NCBI GenBank assembly: GCA_964426625.1
Contig: CAYRRD010000010.1
Location: 9,428-73,427, forward strand
Direction: 5' to 3'
From: an uncultured Saprospiraceae bacterium
Lineage (GTDB): Bacteria > Bacteroidota > Bacteroidia > Chitinophagales > Saprospiraceae
Length of the DNA: 64,000 bases
Numbering within the stretch: position 1 is the stretch's first letter; each line of letters begins with the position of its first letter. Below the pieces are notes generated by a model, which was not told the DNA's origin, ran no database searches, and saw nothing but the letters and a program-made list of their open reading frames with translations. Both the position numbers and the translations under genes were made by a program. Below, one piece after another: positions 27,998 through 37,573 of the stretch.

Positions 27998-29372
27998 TTC
28001 TTTTGTTTTTGTGATTCTTGAGGTACCACGTTCTGAAACTTTCCTCAGGAGGTGGAGGAAGTTCCCGTCCACGAGTCCAGTCGGTAATACTTCGGCGTGC
28101 CATCCCTGGAAACCAAGACAGCAGTTTTCTCGCTGCTCCGCCTGTCCATCGGTACCATCGCGGCCGGGAAAGAATGTTTGCCCCTATTTTCATGGGCACG
28201 GTCTTTTTGGTTTCCGCCTTACCTGCGCTTACAATGACTTCACGCCATTTGAGAAGTTGCCCGTGGATATCGATCTTTACAGGGCAGACAGCACTGCATG
28301 ATCCGCACAATGAAGAGGCAAATGGCAGATCGTCATATTCCTCAAAATTCCGGGCAGGAGCAATGATACTACCAATCGGTCCTGGAACGGTATATCCGTA
28401 GCTATGACCACCTCCGGAGCGAAATACAGGGCAGGTATTCATGCAGGCTCCGCAACGGATACATTTTAGCGCTTCCCAGAAATCGGGCATGCCCAGATGG
28501 GTTGATCTGCCATTATCCACCAGGATAAGGTGCATTTCACTTCCTGGCCGGGGTTTTTGATAGTGGCTGGTGTACGTGGTAATTCTCTGGCCCGTGGCAC
28601 TCCGTGCCAGAAGGCGTATAAAAATGCCCAGGTCTTCCTGGCGGGGGATGAGTTTTTCAATTCCCATGCAATGAATCTGGACTGGTGCTTTATTGACACC
28701 GAGATCAGCATTGCCTTCGTTGGTACAGATGGTAACGGAGCCTGTTTCAGCTACGCCAAAATTAACACCAGTTATAGCCGCTTTGGCCTGCATAAATCGA
28801 TTTCGTAAATCTTTTCTGGCAGAAAGGGTCAGGTACCTGGCATCGAGGTTGCCAGGTTCGGTATGCATAGTGTGATGAAAAAGATCCGAAATTTCTTCCC
28901 GTGTTTTGTGCATAGCCGGAACTACGATATGGCTGGGAGGCTCTTTGGCCAACTGGACTATGCGTTCGCCCAGATCGGTATCATATACTTCTATGCCTCT
29001 TTGTTCCAGGTATTCGTTGAGCCCGCACTCTTCTGTGAGCATCGACTTACTCTTGACGATGTAAGGGACCTCATGTTCGTGAAGAATTTGGTAAACATGT
29101 TCGTTGAGTTCCCGACTATCCCAGGCCCAGTGAACATGAACGCCATTGGCCAGGGCCCGGGATTCAAATTCTTCTAGATAGGTGTCGAGATGAGTTAACG
29201 TGTGTAATTTAATGCGGGAAGCGTATTCACGCAGCTGTTCAAATTCGACCACTTCCTGAACGGCCAGGTCTCTTTTTTGTCTGAGGTGGATCGCAGCATG
29301 GTGTTGGGCTTTGGGTGACGGGGAACGGTGAATATACCGGTCGGCCGCATCCGCATGTTTCAGGCGTTTCAT
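27981..29372 (-). CDS. lutB: Lactate utilization protein B (iron-sulfur)
   Basis: LUD domain plus two ferredoxin-type clusters, CIRCGACMNTCP and CGSCSAVCP. 463 aa. Confidence 0.88.
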   Translation of the reverse strand: MKRLKHADAADRYIHRSPSPKAQHHAAIHLRQKRDLAVQEVVEFEQLREYASRIKLHTLTHLDTYLEEFESRALANGVHVHWAWDSRELNEHVYQILHEHEVPYIVKSKSMLTEECGLNEYLEQRGIEVYDTDLGERIVQLAKEPPSHIVVPAMHKTREEISDLFHHTMHTEPGNLDARYLTLSARKDLRNRFMQAKAAITGVNFGVAETGSVTICTNEGNADLGVNKAPVQIHCMGIEKLIPRQEDLGIFIRLLARSATGQRITTYTSHYQKPRPGSEMHLILVDNGRSTHLGMPDFWEALKCIRCGACMNTCPVFRSGGGHSYGYTVPGPIGSIIAPARNFEEYDDLPFASSLCGSCSAVCPVKIDIHGQLLKWREVIVSAGKAETKKTVPMKIGANILSRPRWYRWTGGAARKLLSWFPGMARRSITDWTRGRELPPPPEESFRTWYLKNHKNKRNEQQG

Positions 29373-30094
29373 GGCCAGAGATTTGCGACGAGTTCCGCCA
29401 GGTGAAGAAATTGGAGGTCATCCCCTCGATGTCGGGCGATTCCCTCCAGGTGCATCAGACAGGAACTATCCATAGACACGATATAGCGGGCTTTGTGGTT
29501 TAGATGGTCATCAAGTCTGCGTTCTCCCATATCGATCGAAACCGCGCTTTCAAATACCGAAAAAGTTCCTCCAAACCCACAACATTCATCCACATTGTCC
29601 AACGGGACGATATGAAGATCCGGTATGGCGTCCAGGATGGGTTGGATTTTGGAAAAATAGGGTTGTACCAATTCGCTTGGCGAAGCTATACCAAGTCCTC
29701 TCAAAGCATGGCAGGAATAATGCAGACCAATGGCGTGAGGAAATGGCTTGAGCGTGGGCGGGAAATTTTGTTGTTCAGATAAAAAACTAAACAATTCATA
29801 CACCTGTGGCTCATCTGAATGGTCACCCATTTTTTCGTGATCGACAAGATGGTGTACGCAACTGCCTGAAGGTCCGACCACCACATCATATCCTGCAAAA
29901 ACCCGTCTGAAGTTTTCTGTAACTTTGTGTCCTTCATTGACAAAGCCGGAATTCACCATGGGCTGGCCACAACATGTTTGATCGATGGGGTATTCCACTT
30001 TGTAACCCAAATTTTCCAGGATCTTCAGTGTGGATTTCCCCACATTGGGAAAAAACTGGTCGATGTAGCAAGGGACAAATAAACCGATTTTCAT
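29369..30094 (-). CDS. lutA: Lactate utilization protein A, (Fe-S)-binding CCG-domain oxidoreductase
   Basis: Two cysteine-rich CCG repeats (PCYIDQF...CCGQP and SCH...CCGFGG). ATGA overlap with lutB. Confidence 0.88.
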   Translation of the reverse strand: MKIGLFVPCYIDQFFPNVGKSTLKILENLGYKVEYPIDQTCCGQPMVNSGFVNEGHKVTENFRRVFAGYDVVVGPSGSCVHHLVDHEKMGDHSDEPQVYELFSFLSEQQNFPPTLKPFPHAIGLHYSCHALRGLGIASPSELVQPYFSKIQPILDAIPDLHIVPLDNVDECCGFGGTFSVFESAVSIDMGERRLDDHLNHKARYIVSMDSSCLMHLEGIARHRGDDLQFLHLAELVANLWP

Positions 30095-30205
30095 AACTGA
30101 CTCCTAAGAAACATAATTCTTAAGAAAGAACCAAAATTTTTCTCAGACCCGGGATGACAACAGGCAAGTAAAAAATTTTTATTCCCCGGAGATCCGGATC
30201 ATTGA

Positions 30206-31144
30206 TCATTTTATCTTACCAATCACCTCCAGGGTTTTCTCCAGACCCGTTTTGGCCACCTCGAGCATATCCCTTTTATAATATTCGGGATTGTACAGTT
30301 CCAGTGAAACACAGCCCTCATATCCGGTAGCCTTAAGATCACTGAGTATTTTGGGAAGGGGTAAAATGCCGTCTCCAGGAAACACGCGGTCCTTATCCCT
30401 CATATCCTTTCTGGCCATGTTTTGGGGGGCGTCATTGAATTGGAAAATGGCGATGGCATTGCCCTTCAGAAGTTTGAGCCCTTCAAATCCACCTCCACTA
30501 ATATACATATGGAATACGTCGGGGATAATTCGTGCCTCCGGATGATCAGCGTCAGAGGCTATCTCGAGCGCCTGCCCCATGGTCTTGAGCGGGAACATCT
30601 CGACAAAAACCAGTGCCGGTTTTACCTGATAATCTTTTATTCCGATATCAATCAGTCTGCGGTAACAATCTGCTACGAACCGCCGGTCATAATTCTCACC
30701 CACCTGGTTGGGAATGGCCTGCACAAACTCACATCCAATTTCAGAGGCCATTCTCATGCGCTCCCGCGTTCCCTCCAGAGAGGCCTGAAATTGCGCTTCG
30801 TCAGCGGGCAGACATCCCCACAAACCGATCATACTCGGAACAAAAAGTCCTTTGTCCGTGATGTATTTTTTCATTTCCTTCAGGTCACCTCCCGAAGCTT
30901 CAAAATCTCTCAGATCGCTGTCCCAGGGTTCGATGGCATCATAACCGGCTTCTGCAGCAAGGTCAACCTTTTCCTTCAGGGTTTTTACTGGCCTTATGGT
31001 AGCAAAATCCAGACAGATCGGCCAGGGACTGCGACCGTTTTGATATGACCACCTCGGAGTGGCGGCCGACAGGGGAGTAGCTCGGGTTGTAGTAACAGCA
31101 GCACCAGCAAGTAGGGAGGTTGTGACAAATTTTCTTCGGTTCAT
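30206..31144 (-). CDS. Tat-exported sugar phosphate isomerase/epimerase (xylose isomerase-like TIM barrel)
   Basis: Twin-arginine signal MNRRKFVTTSLLAGAAV, then a TIM-barrel pattern typical of AP endonuclease 2/xylose isomerase-like proteins. Start trimmed to 31144. Confidence 0.75.
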   Translation of the reverse strand: MNRRKFVTTSLLAGAAVTTTRATPLSAATPRWSYQNGRSPWPICLDFATIRPVKTLKEKVDLAAEAGYDAIEPWDSDLRDFEASGGDLKEMKKYITDKGLFVPSMIGLWGCLPADEAQFQASLEGTRERMRMASEIGCEFVQAIPNQVGENYDRRFVADCYRRLIDIGIKDYQVKPALVFVEMFPLKTMGQALEIASDADHPEARIIPDVFHMYISGGGFEGLKLLKGNAIAIFQFNDAPQNMARKDMRDKDRVFPGDGILPLPKILSDLKATGYEGCVSLELYNPEYYKRDMLEVAKTGLEKTLEVIGKIK

Positions 31145-31297
31145 TGGTAAGATTCGTGCGATTAAAAATCCTGAATATACCATTTTTTTTTATCATACAA
31201 ATGAATGGCAAACCACGGTTATATTCCTTCTTGTCTCAATTACCAGGGTCGGTGGGATCGGAACGCTGCCTGAAATCACCTTTTGTAAAATTTATAA

Positions 31298-31305
31298 TAT
31301 CTTTG
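31298..31305 (+). promoter_or_regulatory. Bacteroidota-type -7 box (TAtcTTTG) upstream of the metalloprotease gene
   Basis: Exact TAnnTTTG match ~140 nt upstream of ATG 31447 in the divergent intergenic region. The only nearby TTTG (31282-31285) is spaced too close to be a canonical -33. Confidence 0.3.
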
Positions 31306-31446
31306 CTGCCATTGAATTTACCATACCCGATATAGCAATTCCGGTACCTATATTCCAGGTGTAAATTTCAATAAAAAGGCTCCGGAAACCGGGCTATTCA
31401 TCCAAGGGATAGCCGGATCAAATTATACTACAATTAATATGGATTC

Positions 31447-34026
31447 ATGATGGAACACAGTCGATCGTTTATGACGCCGATTTTTTTTCTGACCAACAGG
31501 ATGGTTTTTCTCATATTTATTTTATTGCTGGCTTTTAACCTCGGTATGGCGCAATCTCCTGATAGTAAACCTGCCGGACAGGATAGCACAGCGGCCCAAA
31601 AAGATAGTATTGCCCAGGATAGCACCAAAAGTAAGGAGAAAACTTTCTCTGATTACATTACGAAGGATGCTGTGTCCATGGCAGGTATGCTGACGGTTCA
31701 CAAGGTGAAGGATAAGTATTATTTTGAACTGCCCGATTCGATTTTTCACCGGGATATTATGGCCGTGACGAGAATCGCGAAAACCCCTACAGGGGCTGGT
31801 TATGGGGGGGAACAAACCAATAGACAGGTGCTGAGATTCATTAAGGGACCGGAGAAAAAAGTGTTTTTGAAAGTCATTACCTACGTCAATGTGGCAGAGG
31901 ATACCACCCAGGCTATCCATGCCGCCGTGACAAATTCCAATATGCAACCGATTATCGGAGCATTTGACATCAAGGCTACGAAGAAGGATACTTCGGTGCT
32001 GATCGAAGTAACCGATTTTCTTAAAAAGCCCAATCAGGCTTTTGAACTGCCTCCGCTGACCAAACAACGATATAAAATCAAAAGTCAGGCCAATGACAGA
32101 ACGTATATACAAAGTGTGCGTGCATATCCCATTAATGTGGAAGTTCGGGTGGTCCGCACCTATGAGGTGAACCCCCCTTCGCTGGGTTCCGGCAATAGCC
32201 AGACCATTGACCTGAATGCCGGCATTCATGCCGGGGTGGTGACCTTTGAACTCAATACCTCTATGGTATTGTTGCCCAAAGAACCAATGCGACGCAGATT
32301 TTTTGACCAGCGCGTCGGGATATTTTCCAACAGTTATACCGTATATAATGATGAGGGCCAAAAGGCTGACCAACAGACCTTTACGGTACGGTGGAGGCTG
32401 GAGCCAAAAAACGATGCGGATGCCCGGCGACAGCAAAATGGCGAGGCGATCGAACCGAAAAAACCCATTGTATTCTATATCGATCCCGCTACCCCTAAAA
32501 AGTGGAGAGAATATCTCAAAAAGGGGGTGGAGGACTGGCAGCCCGCATTTGAACAGGCAGGATGGAAGAATGCGATCCAGGCTAAGGATTGGCCCGAAAA
32601 TGACACCACCATGAGCCTGGAGGATGCCCGGTTCTCAGTCATCCGGTATTTTGCTTCGGATATTCAAAATGCATATGGCCCCAACGTGCATGATCCAAGA
32701 TCCGGAGAAATCATTGAAAGCCATATAGGATGGTATCACAATGTGATGAAATTGCTTAAAAACTGGTACACTACGCAGGCGGGAGTTACCGATCCCCGGT
32801 CACGAAAGAATGTGTTTGATGATGAATTGATGGGGGAACTTATTCGTTTCGTATCGGCGCATGAGGTGGGACATACGATAGGTTTGCGTCACAACTTTGG
32901 AGCCAGCCATGCCACACCGGTTGAGAAATTGCGCGACCCGGAATGGCTGGCTGAGCATGGACACACCTCCTCAATTATGGATTATGCGCGATTTAACTAT
33001 GTGGCACAGGAAGGGGATGGGGTAACCAACCTCTTCCCTGGTGTAGGGGCATACGACAAGTGGGCGGTGGAATGGAACTATAAACCCATATATGGAACTT
33101 CGGGACCGGAAGAGGATAAGAAAATACTCAACCAATGGTATCTGGAACGGGCGGCTGATAATCCCGCGCTTCATTTTCTGACCGAGCGAAGTTCCTTTGA
33201 TCCCAGAGCGCAGAATGAAGATCTCGGAGACAATAGTATGAAGGCTTCGGAGTACGGCATCATTAATTTGAAAAAAATTATGCCACAGGTCATTGAATGG
33301 ACGCGCGAGGAAGCCAGTCAGTATGGGGAAGGAAAAGAGTTGTATTCCAATATTACGACTCAATTCATGCGATATATGGGCCACGTGACCAAATGGGTAG
33401 GCGGTATATTTGATACGCCGAAGACGTATGAACAGGATGGAGCTGTTTTTGAACCTGCACCCAGGCATATGCAGAAGGAAGCTGTGGCCTTCCTGCATAG
33501 GCAGTTCTTCAACGAGCCAATGTGGTTGTTCCCCACCGAAATTCGAAACCGACTCCATCCCGACCAGGGTGTAGCGGCGCTGGCAGGGTGGCATGGAAGA
33601 ATTATTGATCAGTTATACGCCACAGACAGACTTCAAAGGCTGATCGATGCGGAGGCTGCCTACGGTTCCAGGGTGTATGGTTTTGAGGAATTTTTCGATG
33701 ATATGGAAAAAGGGATATGGGCAGAATTGGACAACAATAATCCCACCACGGTTTACAGGAGGAATCTGCAAAAACTGCATCTGGAAAAACTGATCGAGTT
33801 GACCAAACCCGCCAATGCCAGTTCAGGGGTTATTTCCACTTTTGTCCGGACTACGGGATCTGTGAATCCCGTGATGTCGGATATCCGGTCAATCAGTATC
33901 GGAAGATTAGCCGATTTGCAGCGTAAATTGAAAAAAGCACAGCGAAAAACCAGCGATTCAATGACCAAATACCATTATCTGGATTGTATGAAAAGGATCG
34001 AGGATGTGATGGAAGGTAAAGGTTAG
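31447..34026 (+). CDS. Secreted zinc-dependent metalloprotease (DUF5117/DUF4953-type)
   Basis: Signal peptide. HEVGHTIGLRHNF zinc motif followed by SIMDY. ~860-aa architecture common in Bacteroidota. The true start may be one of the downstream Met codons (31474). Confidence 0.85.
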   Translation: MMEHSRSFMTPIFFLTNRMVFLIFILLLAFNLGMAQSPDSKPAGQDSTAAQKDSIAQDSTKSKEKTFSDYITKDAVSMAGMLTVHKVKDKYYFELPDSIFHRDIMAVTRIAKTPTGAGYGGEQTNRQVLRFIKGPEKKVFLKVITYVNVAEDTTQAIHAAVTNSNMQPIIGAFDIKATKKDTSVLIEVTDFLKKPNQAFELPPLTKQRYKIKSQANDRTYIQSVRAYPINVEVRVVRTYEVNPPSLGSGNSQTIDLNAGIHAGVVTFELNTSMVLLPKEPMRRRFFDQRVGIFSNSYTVYNDEGQKADQQTFTVRWRLEPKNDADARRQQNGEAIEPKKPIVFYIDPATPKKWREYLKKGVEDWQPAFEQAGWKNAIQAKDWPENDTTMSLEDARFSVIRYFASDIQNAYGPNVHDPRSGEIIESHIGWYHNVMKLLKNWYTTQAGVTDPRSRKNVFDDELMGELIRFVSAHEVGHTIGLRHNFGASHATPVEKLRDPEWLAEHGHTSSIMDYARFNYVAQEGDGVTNLFPGVGAYDKWAVEWNYKPIYGTSGPEEDKKILNQWYLERAADNPALHFLTERSSFDPRAQNEDLGDNSMKASEYGIINLKKIMPQVIEWTREEASQYGEGKELYSNITTQFMRYMGHVTKWVGGIFDTPKTYEQDGAVFEPAPRHMQKEAVAFLHRQFFNEPMWLFPTEIRNRLHPDQGVAALAGWHGRIIDQLYATDRLQRLIDAEAAYGSRVYGFEEFFDDMEKGIWAELDNNNPTTVYRRNLQKLHLEKLIELTKPANASSGVISTFVRTTGSVNPVMSDIRSISIGRLADLQRKLKKAQRKTSDSMTKYHYLDCMKRIEDVMEGKG

Positions 34027-34115
34027 AATATATAGGTGTGTAAATGTTTGGGCCAATAGCGGTAATTCTTGGGGTCAGGACATTAGGGAAACACGGCCGT
34101 GCCCGTTGCAAATAT

Positions 34116-34150
34116 AAAAAGGAAGGTACGGGCGTACCTTCCTTTAAAAA
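34116..34150. terminator. Bidirectional intrinsic terminator
   Basis: 9-bp stem GGAAGGTAC/GTACCTTCC (34121-34129 / 34134-34142) with a GGGC loop, flanked by AAAAA upstream and TTTAAAAA downstream. Confidence 0.65.
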
Positions 34151-34372
34151 GAAGCCTAATAACGGGGAGATAGGGAGTGTTTAGATTTTCCGGGATCCGG
34201 TTGAGATAAGCCACCGGACATACAATTGGACCATTATCCCGATCTGCGTTCGAATCCCGGATATCTTTTCATGCCTATGATAATCTTTATTCCAGTTCGA
34301 AAGCGATGATTCAGCGGGATAAAAAAAAATGATTTGAAATGTGGTAATGATTTTCACCTTTCAGAAGTATGC

Positions 34373-34407
34373 CCCGCCATGTTTTAACTTCATAAAATCA
34401 TGGCGGG
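34373..34407 (-). terminator. Hairpin just downstream of amt (terminator-like, no U-tract)
   Basis: 9-bp stem CCCGCCATG/CATGGCGGG with a 17-nt loop, 13 nt beyond the amt stop. No T-run follows on the minus strand. Confidence 0.35.
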
Positions 34408-34419
34408 ATACTTCATCAT

Positions 34420-35643
34420 TTAGGCAGGTGATAAATCATGATACGCAGGTATCTGATGTTCTTTGATATCAAGCCCTTCTATTTCTATCTCCTCACTTAC
34501 TCTGAGTCCCATAGTCATCTTGACAATATAGGTGATCGCATATATAAAGATAAGCGTGGCGATACCTATGCTTACAATCCCTATTGCTTGGTACCCGAGT
34601 TGGGCTACCCCGGCCATTGAACCGAAAATACCGACGGCAAGGGTTCCCCAGATGCCACATACCAGGTGTACGGAGGTGGCACCAACCGGATCATCAATTT
34701 TAATACGGTCAAAAAATACGACCGAAAACGGAATGATAACACCGGCAATGACACCGATAATCACAGATTCAAATGGCGACATCAGGTCAGCACCGGCAGT
34801 AATCCCTACCAATCCACCCAGGATCCCGTTGAGCACCATGGACAAATCATTTGATTTGAACAGGTAACCTGTACAGAAATAGCATCCAATAGCGCCAGCA
34901 GCTCCAGCCAGCGCTGTGTTGACAAACACCAGAGACACCGTATCGGGATCAGCCGACAAAACGGAGCCTCCATTGAATCCAAACCAGCCAAACCACAACA
35001 ATAGAACGCCTACTGCAGCAAGAGGAATATTGTGTCCGGGGATCGGATTGATTCGCTTTCCGGAGTATTTGCCAAGACGTGGACCGAGCAGATATACTAC
35101 AGCCAGGGCTCCCCATCCTCCTACAGAATGCACCAGGGTAGAACCTGCGAAGTCATAAAATCCCAATTGATCCAGCCATCCTCCACCCCATTTCCACATT
35201 CCGGTGATGGGATAAGATATCGATACAAATAATAAGCAAATTACCAAAAAGCTATTGAGTTTGATCCTCTCTGCTACAGCGCCGGAAACGATGGTACAAC
35301 AGGTTGCAGCGAACATGGCCTGGAAAATAAAATCGGTCCAGTATGTATAATTTCCATCCGCATATCCTATGGATTCACCCGCTGGAAGGGACAACCCGAT
35401 CTGGGAGAAACCGATAAGTCCGTTCCAGGATTCGCCCGGGTACATCAGGCTGAATCCGATGATATAATAGCTGACCAGGCCAATGGCGAGGATCATAACA
35501 TTTTTGAATATAATATTGACTGCATTTTTCCGGCGTACAAGGCCCGCTTCCAGCGTAGAGAATCCAAGATGCATGATGAAAACCAAAGTAGCTGCCACCA
35601 GAATCCATAGGTTGTTTACGGTAAATAAAGTCGTATCTGTCAT
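34420..35643 (-). CDS. amt: Ammonium transporter
   Basis: 11-TM Amt/MEP protein with the DFAGSTLVHSVGG signature and a second conserved His region (SVHLVCGIWG). Confidence 0.92.
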   Translation of the reverse strand: MTDTTLFTVNNLWILVAATLVFIMHLGFSTLEAGLVRRKNAVNIIFKNVMILAIGLVSYYIIGFSLMYPGESWNGLIGFSQIGLSLPAGESIGYADGNYTYWTDFIFQAMFAATCCTIVSGAVAERIKLNSFLVICLLFVSISYPITGMWKWGGGWLDQLGFYDFAGSTLVHSVGGWGALAVVYLLGPRLGKYSGKRINPIPGHNIPLAAVGVLLLWFGWFGFNGGSVLSADPDTVSLVFVNTALAGAAGAIGCYFCTGYLFKSNDLSMVLNGILGGLVGITAGADLMSPFESVIIGVIAGVIIPFSVVFFDRIKIDDPVGATSVHLVCGIWGTLAVGIFGSMAGVAQLGYQAIGIVSIGIATLIFIYAITYIVKMTMGLRVSEEIEIEGLDIKEHQIPAYHDLSPA

Positions 35644-35678
35644 TGTTTCTGTTTTTGAATGAAATGAGTAATCGTGTT

Positions 35679-36017
35679 TTAAATGGCTTCCGCGTTTTGA
35701 TCTGCATTTCTGATCCGGTAAACCTTGTCAAGCGAGTGGATGGCTATTTTTCCATCCCCTACACTTCCGGTAGCACCAGACTTAAGAATCACATCCACGA
35801 TTTGCGGGCATTTTTCTGTGGTAGTCAAAATATCCATCTGGACTCGTTCAATGAATTCAGTTCCATACTCAGTTCCCCGGTATATCTTTTTCTCCCCTTG
35901 CTGCAATCCGTATCCCCGGACATCATGCAAGGTGAAAAAACGAACGTCAATTTCCGCAAGGGCAGCTTTTACATCTTCAAACTTGCTCATGCGAATGATA
36001 GCTTCTATTTTTTTCAT
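35679..36017 (-). CDS. glnK: P-II nitrogen regulatory protein
   Basis: 112 aa. MKKIEAIIR start, T-loop YRGTEY, GDGKI motif. Immediately upstream of amt. Start trimmed to 36017. Confidence 0.92.
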   Translation of the reverse strand: MKKIEAIIRMSKFEDVKAALAEIDVRFFTLHDVRGYGLQQGEKKIYRGTEYGTEFIERVQMDILTTTEKCPQIVDVILKSGATGSVGDGKIAIHSLDKVYRIRNADQNAEAI

Positions 36018-36499
36018 TCTTCGTGATTTAATGTGGTCGATCAATAAGTAATAATGGTTTAATGCGCATTGTGAATGCTAATTTAGAAGGGTGAGGTCAG
36101 GGGGGAAAATTGAATAAATCAAAAAATGTGTAATTAAAACACCAGATGGATTTTGATAACAGATTGATAGCCAGTCTTTAAAAACAACGGTTTTTGTATG
36201 CTTAAAAAGGAAGAAGAAAAGTAAATTAATCTTTGTTAGGAAGTTTATAGGGTCGAAGAAAACAGAAAATAGGGGATATGATCATTTTGTTCACTACTAG
36301 TGCACGAAAACCTAAATACATATCATGTTTTTCTTCATCTTTTTTGCCAGCTCTTCGTTGCACCGATGTCACATAACCCCCACTATGTCACCATCACTGC
36401 GCCTTGACCTGTCGAAAAAATATATTGAAAAACATTGATAGCTATTTAGATTTCCGCACACTAGTTGGATCATGTCCGCTCCAATCGGTAAATTGCACC

Positions 36500-37573
36500 A
36501 TGATTGAGACCATACAACAGATTGATCAGGTAAGGATCATTCCTTATGTTTTACGTTTTTTACAACCTGCCCGAACCTCACGATCGGTAATGCAGCACAG
36601 GCTTACTTACCTGGTCGAAGTCCGGAGGCAGGAAGATCAGGAAATGACGGGCTGGGGTGAATGTGCCCCATTGAATGGTTTGAGTCCCGAAAGTCCTGAG
36701 TTTCACAATGAAATGAATTCACTGCCCGGGAAATGGCAGGAAGTGGCGAATGTTCGTCACCTGGTTCGCTTTCCTGCATTTCGTTTTGGACTGGAATCAG
36801 CCAGCCTGGATCTCAGCAATGGGGGGCGAAGGAGATGGTTTGACGGTGATTTTGCGGACGGGCATAGCGCCATCGCCATCAATGGTCTCATATGGATGGG
36901 GGATCGGCAATTCATGCTCGATCAGATTCGGACCAAACTCCAGGACGGATATCCCTGCCTCAAGCTCAAAATTGGTGGGATAGATTTTGAAGATGAAGTT
37001 ACTTTGCTGAAGTATATCCGAACTGAGTTTTCTCCCGATGATCTGGAATTGAGACTCGATGCCAATGGGTCTTTTTTACCTGACGAGGCTGAAGAAAGAT
37101 TGCTACGGCTTTCCGAATTTTCCATCCACTCCATCGAACAACCCGTAAAAGCCGGTCAGCCTGAATTGATGGCTCGTCTCTGTGATTTGAATATTATACC
37201 CATCGCTCTGGATGAAGAGTTGATCGGTGTGAAATCATCGGAGCAGAAAGAAAAATTACTCAATTCAATCCGCCCCCACTATCTGATTTTCAAACCCTCT
37301 CTGATCGGAGGTCTGGAGGAAACCCGGGAATATATCCAGTGGTGCCATCGCCTGGGAATCGAGTGGTGGATTACCTCGGCACTCGAATCCAACGTCGGAC
37401 TAAACATTCTGGCCCAGTTTTGTGATTTCCTGGAAGTGGATCGAGTACAAGGGCTGGGCACGGGTAAATTATTTTCCAACAACATTACCTCACCGCTTCA
37501 GGAGTCCAGAGGGAAAGTGTATGTCGATCCACAGGGAGCATGGGGGCAAATTCCGGACGATGGAACATTTTGA
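36500..37573 (+). CDS. menC: o-Succinylbenzoate synthase
   Basis: Enolase-superfamily motifs (KLKIGG, RLDANGSF, IEQP, DEEL) and men operon context. Start trimmed from TTG 36404 to ATG 36500. Confidence 0.8.
   Translation: MIETIQQIDQVRIIPYVLRFLQPARTSRSVMQHRLTYLVEVRRQEDQEMTGWGECAPLNGLSPESPEFHNEMNSLPGKWQEVANVRHLVRFPAFRFGLESASLDLSNGGRRRWFDGDFADGHSAIAINGLIWMGDRQFMLDQIRTKLQDGYPCLKLKIGGIDFEDEVTLLKYIRTEFSPDDLELRLDANGSFLPDEAEERLLRLSEFSIHSIEQPVKAGQPELMARLCDLNIIPIALDEELIGVKSSEQKEKLLNSIRPHYLIFKPSLIGGLEETREYIQWCHRLGIEWWITSALESNVGLNILAQFCDFLEVDRVQGLGTGKLFSNNITSPLQESRGKVYVDPQGAWGQIPDDGTF

Noticed and set aside
31522-32436. Long antisense ORFs inside confident genes. Examples are 31522-32436 (304 aa), 3766-4473, 280-942, 30422-31048, 39784-40305, 26752-27252 and 17625-18086.
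   Set aside because: Each lies wholly within a gene that has strong family motifs on the other strand. The translations are low-complexity or Arg/His/Cys-rich shadow frames.
34248-34257. tRNA gene suggested by GTTCGAATCC
   Set aside because: The flanking 5-mers (CTGCG / CCGGA) cannot form a T-stem. The 7-bp closing stem of the surrounding element overlaps the would-be T-loop. No D-arm or anticodon-arm geometry can be drawn.
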